Assembly (NCBI RefSeq): GCF_023055435.1 | Contig: NW_025964223.1 | Location: 28,830,001 to 28,894,000 of the forward strand | Reading direction: 5' to 3' | From: Haliotis rufescens | Taxonomy: Eukaryota | DNA: 64,000 nt | Shown: one piece after another, positions 12,401-24,400 of the stretch | Numbering within the stretch: the stretch's first letter is position 1 | How the letters are laid out: each line of letters opens with the position of its first letter | Program-made: the position numbers and the translations under genes | The notes under the pieces: model-generated | Databases searched by the model: none | Seen by the model: the letters and a program-made list of their open reading frames with translations, nothing else | What the model was told of the DNA's origin: nothing

Positions 12401-15400
12401 GAGGAACCACCTCCGAGTAGCCCTAGTGGAGATCACTGTTACGTGCAGGCTTGGTTACCTAGCGCTCTCTAAGTGCAATTCAGAATTTAAATGTAGGCTC
12501 CTCTGTCAACAATGGTCAGCTAGCCTTCTGTTCAGTGACCAAGTTACGGACACACCAAGGTCTGCAATTATGCTTGGGATAAGACCATGCTTAAGGCATT
12601 GGAGCATGTGTCTCATGGCAGGCAGGTCTGGCAACTACAGGCCGAGACACTCATCCCTCAAAGAGCAGGACCAGGATTTCGTTTGTTTGTTTGTTTGTTT
12701 GTTTGTTGTTTAATGCCACACTCAGCAATATTCCAGCTATATGACGGTGGTCTGTAAATAATCGAGTCTGGATCAGACAATCCAGTGATTGACATAATGA
12801 GCATCGATCCGTGCAAGTGGGATCAATGACATGCAACAACCAAGTCAGCGAGCCTGACCACCTGATCCCTTTTACGACAAGCATAGTCACCTTTTACGGC
12901 AAGCCTGGGTTGCTGAAGACCTATTTTACCCCAGAATCGTCACGGGTCGATTCCTTTCGTGGCAAAGAACGTGGCTGAAGGCCGCTTTCATATTCAACTG
13001 ACTGCGCTACAGCTACCGTTTGAACATAGAGCTAGATCCACTGTTGACCACAGCTACCCCGCTTTGGGATTATCCAAGGAAGCAACTAAAATCCAATATA
13101 GACATCTTGTCTTGCCTCGAATAGGCAGCTGTTCGTAGACGCCTCCCTACAACAGACTTGGTACATAAACAGTCTAGAGTTGGAAGTGCTCATTCTGATC
13201 ATCTCACATTGGCAGGAGCAGCTACAGTTCCCCCAAACTCAGACAATAGCACTCTCGTTCAGGTTTTTTCATCTAGTGGATTGTCTGGGACTAAACTTCA
13301 TAGTCCAGCACATCCTGGCCGATGCCCTATCCGGTCAGACAAGGTGGCTCCCATGGAGTGGAAACTTCACTCAGGGGCGTTCCAACTGGTGCTTCAGCGC
13401 TTTGGGCAACCAAACATCGACCTCTTTACAACACACCAGAACCAACTAATGACGTATGTCTCCCCGCTCCCAGATCCGCAGGCTTGGGCGGTAGACGTAG
13501 CCAGCATCCCCTGGGAAGAGCTAAAAGTGTACGCTCTTCCGCCTCTTGTACCACTTCCCAGGGTGATACAAAAGATCAAAGAAACAAAGAGCCTTTGGAA
13601 GGGATGGTTCGTCGACCTCATAAGCCTTGCAGAAGACAATCCATTACCCCTCCCAGAGTGGTCAAAGCTACTCATCCACCCACACAGCAAACTACTTAAC
13701 CCAACTCCAGGCAGATTTAATCTGCACGCTTGGTTTGTCTTCAAAAGGCGTTAAGCGCGAAGAGCTCTTCGGCGCCGGCAGCTAAGGCTAGTGCTTTTGG
13801 CACATTGTCCCTCTACATGGGGGTTATACAATGACACATGGTGGTCATTTGAAACTTTTTGAAAGGCAAAGAATCAAGATCCCACCACGGCATCACCTTA
13901 ATTCTTATTGGGATACCTCCTACACTTGCATAGTTTTCGCCAGCCCATATCTCAGCGATGTGGCGCTCAAAGACATCGAAGGCGTTCATAGTTTTGGCCC
14001 TCTGGTAGTAACCCAGCAGGTAACCAACCCCTGATGCAAATAATGAACTCGTCCTGTCCGGAGCCAGTCTTACCCTTCACGTGCAGTACTGTCTACGACA
14101 CCCGGTTGAAGGATTTTTCAATCTTTTTGTCAGCTTTGGCTTTGTAACAGAGAATATAAAGATTTTAGCTTACGCTAATCTTCCCACTTATACTCATTTT
14201 CATGTTCCGTCTGTAAATAAGATTGAACCGGCCCTACCGTCAGGCGTTTATGTTTTTTCCACCTTACAGTTTCCTTTACAACTTGTCGTTTGAAGGGTTC
14301 TTTATTATTGAGGTTTTTTTTACATCTGAAGGTATACCTACCACCATACCGCCTGATACAGATGCATTAAGGAGTAAAGCAGGATAAGTAAAAGATTTAG
14401 TAAAATCTAAATATTTATTATATTTGTATTCCTATCCTGCATTTACATCTAAGGACCCACCCCTCGTAGATTTGCCTCCCTACTATGTCTTTCAGAAATT
14501 CTTTTTGGTAGCTTGGGTGACGAGCACTAATATGGATTGGATGTGACATCACAATTTGTCACATGACAGCTGCGGTGGTCCTGTAAAAAGGGGACTTGTG
14601 TCGGAAATAGCATTTCTTTTTTTCACTCAGGACCATCGGGAGGTGCTGTCTTCTTTTTTGTAAGGTAAGCAGTAAGAGCATTAAGGAGTATTCCAGGATA
14701 AATATACATTTTTTACTTATCCTGCATTACTCCTTAATGCATTCACTGCTTACCTTGTGACAAAAAAAACCTGGGACAGCTAACCAGCGATGGTCCTTGG
14801 GTGAATGGTTCTGTTCACAATCCCACTTTTATATCCCGCCATCGCTGTCCCTGTGACCTCACGTGACCAAAGGTCAACTCTTCACATCACTGCCTGTCGC
14901 GACATAGCTAGGACGTTTCCAGCGGAGCTCTCGTTTTTGTTTTTTTATTTAGGCCTTCCATTCGTCTACCATTCTAAAATTCTTCTGCGATGGGTGATGT
15001 ATACCTTTCATATTACTTTCAACATGTTGTGAAGTTGTATTTGATGTTTTGAGGCGGAAAAAGAGACGTGTCTTTTTTTCCCGCCACGTGCTATCTGTTC
15101 CCCGCCATTTTGAATTGTGTTACAATTGTTTGCTTGGTAAAGGTAGTCAATTGTTTACAATTATCGGCTAGGTATGTATAACATATTTCATATGTTGTTT
15201 TCAATACTACTAGCTTTGGCGGTTCATTGAGTTGCGTATATTCAAGCATTTATACACTATCAACTCGTTCAAATATTTTGCCAAGAAATTATCTACGGCA
15301 GTAAATTCCAGTCCCGTTTTCTTCTAGCATATTATTGCGTAACTTATGCTTGCGCGTTGTACTAATTGTCGTGGGAAAAAATCTATTCAAGATCCTCACC

Positions 15401-18400
15401 CACGTTGTTTGTCATGTACACAAATTTGTGCACCAAATTCTAAATGTGTTTTTTGTAAAAACCTCTCTCCAACGAGTTTCGCGAGGTATAGGCAAGTTAC
15501 TCACAAACGTATTTTGCAGCAATCACGTCTTGAGAAAAGGAAAATGTCTCTATCGCTATCGCAAATGAGCGAGGGACAGGATTCGATCATTACGACGCAA
15601 CCTTTATCTATGAGGGATAATAGGTCGGCCGTAACTGTCACCGCGGAGGTGCACATGCCACCGGAATCTTCTCTCCCGGAGAATGTTGGGCGTATTATAA
15701 TTGCACCTAATTTGGAGAATTCTACATCTGTTACGTCTGCAGACAGTGCGCCAGCGTCTCAAGATGTGTTGTCGGGGATAGCGCCAAGCCAAGCTAGACT
15801 CAAGTCTACTCCATTGAGCATTGCGCCTCGTATGCCTGCGCCGAGCGCAGCCAAGCCCTACTACCCAAGCGCTTCTACAATGACATCAGCCCAAGGGTTA
15901 TCAGCGTATGATATTACGCAACCAGCGCACGATCAGCTTAGCGCTGTACCAATGTATCCAGCGCAGGCGCCTATGCCAATTCCAAACACTAATTGGATGC
16001 CAAATTTTCTACAATCAATGTGGCAGCAGTCTATGACACAACTGTATCCTGCGCCTGCGCCTATGCCTTTGCCTACGCCTATGCCTATGTATCAGACACC
16101 TGCATCAACTACATCTACGGCACATATTTTACCGCCTACTCCAGTGACTAATGTGTATAACACTCCTATTATGAGTCATAATACAGTACATTCTTCGTTG
16201 AGTAGTACCAGTACACCTGCCCGTACTTGGACATCAACTCGTGATTCCTTGTCACCAGGCAGTTCATCTAAGCCCTCGGTCAGAGGTAATACTGCACATC
16301 GGAGTAGAAGTCGTTCACCATCAAGACGTACACATCAACATCGTTCTGATTCATCAGATGGTTCTAATGGTGAGGAGGGAGATTCCGCGAACGAATGGAA
16401 TACTCACCTTAGCCTGGCTCAAGTATCTGATTGGGTAGCTGACCGCCTCATTTCAGTACCTTCCCCAGGTAGTGGGGTAGATAAAAAAGATACTATTTGG
16501 ACACATCCTACGTCGATTCCGATTGACCCTATGATGTCAGATATGATTAGATCTTTGGATGAGGGCTTCTCCAGGCTCACACTTACGCCGTCATTCAGAC
16601 CTCCCAGGTTTAGGAAAGATGAATTTCCTATTCATGGCTTTGAGGCAGCAAACCAGGCACATAGTTTGGATGAGGATATACAGAGAATGACAGGCTCGTC
16701 AAGGCCTACCACTCTTAAGGTTCAGGATACCAGAGTTGCGTTTATTGAAACAGAAATCCGAAGGGTATTAAAACCTTTAGCAGCATTAGCATGGTCTACT
16801 CGGGCGGTAGAGCAGGATCTGTCAGAGGATAATCCTAACCGACTAGATCACCTCCAAACTATAGTTGATTTTCAACAGCGTCAGATTAACCATATGAGCA
16901 ATCATCTTAAAGCTGCGTTGGCAGAAATAACTGTCACTCGGAGATTGGGTTATTTAGTAGCCTTATCTACTTGGGACTCAGAGTTTAAACGCAGATTGCT
17001 ACGTCAACCTTGGTCTTCCTCATCTCTGTTCAACAAACAGATTTCAGACACACACACGAAGGTTTCCAGTTACGCTAGGGATGAAACAGCACTCAAGGCT
17101 TTGGAGCATGTTTCTCAAAATGTTTCCCAGCGATCAGGCAAGTCAGGCAACTACAGGCCTAGACGTGAGTCGCTTAAGGAAGGACAGGTGCACGATTCTT
17201 TTCGTGGCAAAGGGCGTGGCAGAGGAAAACCCCAAGGTTCTTATCAATCCCGACGTGGTAAATACCACAGTAAGGGAGGTGATAGGAGGGGCAAACATTG
17301 AAATGTTAGACAGTCACGACTGGGATCTCCTACCCCCAGTCGTCCCAATTGTCGATACCCCTGTAGGCGGGAGACTGAATCGGTTTTGGAAGAACTGGAG
17401 CATCCTCAGGGACGATTATGTTCTCAACATTCTACGCCACGGTTACCAACTAGACATAGAGGTTTTTCCTCCGTTGACCACGGCATCCGTTCCGGAGAAT
17501 TATCCAAGGAAGCAACATGTCCTTTTAAAGGCCAACATAGACTTACTATTGGAGAAAAGAGCCGAAGAGATTATACACACCCCAGCGCTAACTCCGGGAT
17601 TTTATTCTCACATCTTCCTGGTACCCAAGAAGGGCTCAGACAAGATGAGAATGATACACAATCTCTCTGTTTTCAACGAGCTCTATCTGAAGCGTCCACC
17701 CTATTTCCGCCTCATTACATTGAGACTACTCAGAACCAGCATAAAAGCGTTCGATTCCTTGATCAGTATCGATCTACAGGATGCATATCTGCACATACTG
17801 ATTCATCCCAAAGATCGCAGATTCCTCAGGTTCCAGTTCAATGGGGTCCACTACCAGTGGGCAGTACTCCCATTTGGCATTTCAGTGGCCCCGTGGCTAT
17901 TTACATGAATAATGAAGCCCATAACTGTGTTTCTACAGCTGAGGAACATTTGGTTCCAGTCGTACATAGACGACTGTCTCCTGTGTCATCAACACACACC
18001 GACGTTAGTATGTCACCGGGAATTCACCAGAAGACTACTATATCAACTGGGTTGGATAGTCAACGAGGCGAAATCGGAGTTAACTCCATCATTTCGACTC
18101 CAGTTCATAGGAGGACTATTTCAAACAGATCAGAACCTCCTGTCGGTACCCAGGGACAGATAGCACAAGAATTTACGCCTCCTGTCACCTGCTCTTTGTC
18201 AACCACGCACACTTCACCAATGGCAAGTGTTGCTAGGGTTACTCACCTCAGCCCAGGACCTAACCAACAGAGGCCGATTACAGTTACGCCCAATACAACA
18301 ATTCCTGAATCCCTACATCAGGAGTCAGGATCCACTCAGGGCCATCATGCTACCAACGAATTTGAGACCTTATCTCCGTTGGTGGACGATAGAGTCGAAT

Positions 18401-21400
18401 GTCTTAGGAGGAATCTCTTTATCAGGGTTGTCCCCGAATCTACACCTATTCGCAGACGCCTCCCTTCAGGGGTGGGGTGCTCACCTACAAGACCAGACAG
18501 TCTCAGGGCTATGGTCAAGCGCTCATCGGAAATGGCACATAAACAATCTGGAGTTGGAAGCCGTAATTCTAGCCATATCCCATTGGCAGAATCAACTACA
18601 ATCAACCCAACTCTCCATATCCACAGACAACAGCACTGTGGTGTGGTGCCTGCGCAATCAGGGAACAACACACTCCAACTCGCTACTTCAACAGACATTC
18701 AGATTTTTCCATCTAGTGGATCGGCTGCAACTACAGTTCATAGTTCAGCACTTCCCCGGATGTCGAAACATTCTGGCCGATGCTCTATCACGCCCAGACA
18801 GGGTAGCACCCACTGAGTGGAAACTTCACACAGAAGCATTCCAATTATTGGTTCGGAAGTTCGGGCAACCAAACATCGACCTGTTTGCAACTTGCCAAAA
18901 CCACCAACTTTTGACATATGTCTCCCCGTTACCAGATCCGAAGGCTTGGGCGGTGGACGCATTCAGCATTCCTTGGGAAGGAATAAAGGCGTATGCATTT
19001 CCGCCACCAGTTCTACTTCCCAGGGTAATACAAAAGATCCAAGAGACAAGAACACTTGCTCTGACTTTGGTCGCGCCCTGGTGGCCAGCGAGAGGGTGGT
19101 TCGTCGAGCTCAGGAGGCTAGCAGGAAACGATCCACTACCCCTTCCACAGTGGTCCAACCTACTGATCCACCCTCACAGCAAATTGCCTCATCCAACACC
19201 AGACAAATTTCGTCTGCACGGTTGGTTCGTCTTAAAAAGGCATTAAGTGCAAAAGGCTATTCGGCTCGGGCAGCAAAAGCTATAACCTTAGCTCATCGTC
19301 CCTCTACTAGAAGCCTTTACGATGATAAGTGGGGATCGTTTGAGACTTTTTGCAAAGCAAAAGGTCAAGATCCTACTACGGCGTCACCTCAGTGTTGGCC
19401 GTTCCGGATAATCGTAAGATTACTAAGATCCCGGAACTACAGGCCTTATTACGCTCTTTCAGGCTTGAGGATCAGAAGACCAAGTTCCGCCCACCTGCGT
19501 GGGATCTGAACGTGGTACTTCGAGGTTTGCGAGGACCCCCATTTGAGCCCCTCAATGCATCCTCATTTTATGACCTCACCAAGAAAACAATGTTTCTCTT
19601 GGCATTAGCCACAGCGGCACGGGTGAGCGAATTACATGCAATCGACATCACCCGGGTTCGTTTTGAGCATGGGACGCACGGAGCGGTACATCTAGGGTTG
19701 TGCTGGGATTTTATTGCCAAGAATCAATTACCAGGCCAACCTGATCGTTCCTTCACCATTCCACCAATCTCGATGATTGTGGGCAGTGAGGGTGAGGGTG
19801 AACTTCTATTATGTCCGGTACGGGCACTGCGAATTTTCATCCGCCGTTCCAAGACTAGGCGTGGTTCGAGGAAGCGGTTATTTATACCCGTATCTGCTAC
19901 ATCCACGACCGAGGTCAGTCGCAACACCATATCCTTATGGTTACGCGCAGTCATCCTTCAGGCCTATTCGATCGCCAATTTGGATCCACCAAGAACCAGG
20001 GATGTGAAATCTCTGCGGAAACGCGGAAAATCGCGTTTTTTAAAACAGTAGTCCTCGGAAAAAATCATCTTCCGCGTAAAACTTAAATAAAAATTTCGGA
20101 AAAAAACACTCCGAAAGATATGATCGAAAACCGGACAAGCATCGCGGATTGTCCTGTTTTCGATCAGAGCTTTCACCAGCATAGGTTTTCGGACATCATA
20201 CATTTTCTATCATGAATACTTGCACTATAACGTGGGGTGTGGCGTCACACAGAAATTGTAAATACTCAGAGTCAGCTGATGGCTTGTTTTTAAGATAAAG
20301 TTGTCTTTTAGCCTGTAAGTGAATGAGATGTTTTACAGTTGTTCATGTGATTAGCGAGAAAACTATGAATGTTTCTTCAGCGTCCAAAACCCCATAACAT
20401 GGGGATATATGTTGTATTAATGTCTTATGTTTGCAATGGAGTTTTGTTTTTTTCGTCAAAAGGTAAGTACAAGGTAAGTTTTTTTTCAATATGCTTCAAC
20501 ATGGGGAAAGGGTCAGACATTGCACGCTTGTGACAGTTGTCCTTGTGTCTGGGGGATGGGGGTTGAAGTTTATGGCAGTACTGCTCCCAGACCTGGCGGG
20601 TAGCCAGGTGCACGAAAGCTATGCCCGATTTTATAAAAGTACTGATTCAACTTCGAAACTTTACTGCATCTGCCATCTTGTTTATTTGACTTATTGACTT
20701 TCTCCATTGACTTATTACATTTCTTGGTGTGAATGTTTTCCAAACTGCACGAAATTGCTTAAAATGCAATCAAATGTTTAAAAAAATTCGGGTGGGGCAT
20801 GCCCCCAGACCCCCCTAGACTTTTCCTCTTTTTTTCGGGAAAACCTGCTCACATCCCTGAAGAACGAATAATCCTCATGAGATCAGGGCATTAGCCTCTA
20901 CCATGGCCTTACACAGCAATTGTACTATCAAGACAATCATGGAAGGATGTTTTTGGAGGTCTGACACAGTTTTCGCTAGTCATTATCTTCGCGATGTGAC
21001 TCTCGAGGACATTGAAGGTGTACGGAGTTTGGGGCCGTTGGTTGTAGCTCAGCAAGTTACCAACCCTCGACGCAAATAATATACACACCCTATACAGAGC
21101 CTTTTCCTGTTCGGTGTAATTGATCAGAATTCGCCAAGGGAAGACAAGTTATTGTCATCAGGGCTATAATCATATAGTAAGTAAAGATTTGGCTGAGCAG
21201 CTAGTTGTCTTTATTACTAAAATGTATAGGGAACTATTCTTTAATTCCCATGTGCAATTGTTTGCCACATTGTAATACCCTACCGTATTAGCGTTTTTCT
21301 CAACTTTTCCGCTTAACGGTTTACTGACTAATCTGTGTCAGGTTGTCAGGGTGTGAATTATTGAGGTTTCTGTATTGTGAGGTTTTCCCACCTCCATACC

Positions 21401-24400
21401 GTCCGATACAGATGCATTAAGGAGTAATGCAGGATAAGTAAAAAATTTAGTAAAATCTAAATATTTTTTACATTTGTATACTTATCCTGCATTACTACGT
21501 TTAAGGCCCACCCGTCGCAGACTTGCCTCCCCACTTTGGCTTCAGAAACCTCAAAAGTATGTTTTTTAAGCTCGGGCGACAGGCAGTGATGTGAAGAGTT
21601 GACCTTTGGTCACGTGAGGTCACAGGGACAGCGACGGCGGGATATAAAAGTGGGATTGTGAACAGAACCATTCACCCAAGGACCATCGCCGGTTAGCTGT
21701 CTCAGTTTTTTTTTGTCACAAGGTAAGCAGTGAATGCATTAAGGAGTAATGCAGGATAAGTATACAAATGTAAAAAATATTTAGATTTTACTCATTTTTA
21801 ATTTTTGAATGAGGTAAGTATGATAATACTGACTCTAATTTAAAGGCCGCTTGCACCAAGACCAAGGCAGCCCTGATGCAGACGTCCCACGTCGTGTGAG
21901 TAGCGGGCCCAAGGAGAGGACCCTGCTGCCAGAGGAGCGGGGCATGGCTGATGGGAAAGAAGCTGCCCCACGGGTGTCCAGCTCCATGGGAGTCAGCAGT
22001 CCACCCAGAACGTGAGTGCTGACTGGCGGATATAGCTATTCCTTGAAACATTGGAACATGGTAAATTACGGTCTTCATTAACCCAAATCCATGTATTATT
22101 TCCAATTGAATCAGTCATCATAAAGACTGAAAAATATTAATATTTATCCAAAAAAATGAATTCTTTGTTCTTTATCAGTGGCATGACATGTTTTTCTCTT
22201 TGAAGGAAAAGAAGTTATGATTCTGACCTTGAAGAAGTATCTCTTTAAACACATTAACTTTGGTCAGTCCTTTCTTAGATGTTTTTAATTTATGTAAATC
22301 CATCAATTGCTATTGGGGAGTCCTCTTGTGATCCATGGAGCTTATTGCAAGCTTCACTGTTGCAGTGGTGGATCCCATGACGGGGAACAGAGGGTGGGCA
22401 GTGGCAGCTCACGCAAGTCCAGCAGTGCAGGGAAGAGTCGCAGTGGTCAGTGTGTTTCCCATCTTGTACACTCATCACAGATCTCCAACTGTCTTAAAGG
22501 TCTAATGTAGATCTCAGACTGACATACAAGTCTAATGGAGATCTCAGACTGACATACAAGTTTAATGGAGATCTCAGACTGACATACAAGTTTAGTGGAG
22601 ATCTCAGACTGACATACAAGTTTAATGGAGATCTCAGACTGACATACAAGTTTAATGGAGATCTCAGACTGAAATACAAGTTTAATGGAGATCTCAGACT
22701 GACATACAAGTCTAATGGAGATCTCAGACTGACATACAAGTCCAAGTCTAATTGAGATCTCAGACTTACATACAAGTCCAAGTCTAATGGCAGTCTCAGA
22801 CTTATGCAGATTTCCTCCCTTTTATGTTCCAGGCAGTGCTGGGAAAAGAGACTCAATTGACGTCGGTGATGATAACTTCTTCACAGACAAAGTGGCCCCT
22901 CTCATTGAGGCGATGTCAGCTCTTGGCAAGAGTAAGTCTTCACAAGTTGTAACAACATTTTATTGACCCACTCTGTAGTCCAAGGGGAGACAAGTTGGCA
23001 AGAGCAAGTGTTCACAAGTTATAAGAACATTTTGTTTCCCCACTGTTGTAGACAGGGACAATGAAAAGCTGGGGGAGCTGGCGGAGGAGCTGTACACTGT
23101 GCTGGACACCAACAAAAAACTGACCAAGAGCTACAAGCAGAGATCCTCCATACTCAAGGCCATCTTCAAGTTGCTGGATGTGGAAGAACCCAGAGTCATG
23201 CTCAAGTTAGCCAGGCTAATACTGGCAGTAAGTGACTTGCTCATAGCTCCATACTGTCAACAGTAATGTTTGAAACAGGGTGGGAATATTAAGGCCTGAT
23301 GGACAAAACAGGGTAGCAAAATGAGGATGTACATGTTCCTTTTGATGTGTGTTACTAGCTATGGCTTAATTTGAAGTAACATATGGGACAGACACTCATG
23401 TGTAGAAGATTTACTTAAGTGTTCTTGTTTTATTTGTGTATCAGTCAAAATCCATGCTGTGTTGTTAATCGTTCAATTGTTTAAGTCAATAGTAAATTCA
23501 ATAATTGTTTTTTTATTCACAATGGCATTACTGTATTTTCTTGAGTATAGTGCGCACCGAAGTATAATAGGGGATTCAGTATTTTAGAAAAAAAAATTCC
23601 GAGTATTATGGCTTGGAAATTTGAAATACAACAATATATCATTGACTTTAGGGGAAAATGCATTGTGTCAGTAACTTATTTTAAGCAAAATTGTTTGCAT
23701 AGCCTACAAATATCAAGGTTTCTCCTGTAGATTTAAGTACTGTATTCCCAATGTCCGAAGCTGTCTTTACTAAGCATCACATAGAGGATTCACAGGATTG
23801 TAATATTTGCTTCTTTAGAATCTAAGTAGGCAGGCTTGCTTCATCTGGGAGGTACTTTCATAGTAGCTAGTTTGACAGAAAGTTGGTAACAGGGACATGT
23901 TTTGAGGCAAAATCATGTTTCGACCCGTGAAGATCCAGGTTAAAATAGGTCGTCAGCAACCCATGCTTGCCATGAAAAGGCGACTATGCTTGTCGTAAGA
24001 GGTGGTCAGCTCGATGACTTGATGCATGTCATTTTATCCCAATGAGTGGATTGGTACATGATATCCATCACTGGATTGTCTGGTCCAGACTCAATTGTTT
24101 ACAGACTGCCGTCATATAGCTGGAATATTGCTGAATGCAGCATTAAACAACAAACAAACAAAACCATGTGACAGTAAGTTTTTCTGCATGCTTACTTGTC
24201 ACAGCCTAATGGACAAATTTCTTTTCCAGTTTAAGGTGGGAGGCAATAATCTGTTGAATGTGTGTAAGTTGGTGTTTAAAGTGAGCCGTAATGAGAAGAA
24301 CGACCAGGAGTTCCTGGAAGGCAATGTTCTAGGTGAGTTATCTGTGATGGAGGAGAAATGTCACGGAGATATGTGTACAGCTTGGCTACCACCACCATTT

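Larger units (their letters stand above)
14709..21798 (+). mobile_element. Near-intact DIRS1-type tyrosine-recombinase retrotransposon
   Basis: ITRs 14714-14900 and 21576-21762 (4 mismatches by eye); right extension 21763-21792; ICR 21412-21496 complementary to both ends; three ORFs (gag, RT-RH-MT, YR); no classical TSD. Confidence 0.97.

Noticed and set aside
23922-24005. Group I or lariat-capping ribozyme assignment for the SINE head (GACTA...TGGTC could mimic P7)
   Set aside because: Only short superficial matches, with no P8 or recognisable P4-P6 core; left unclassified.
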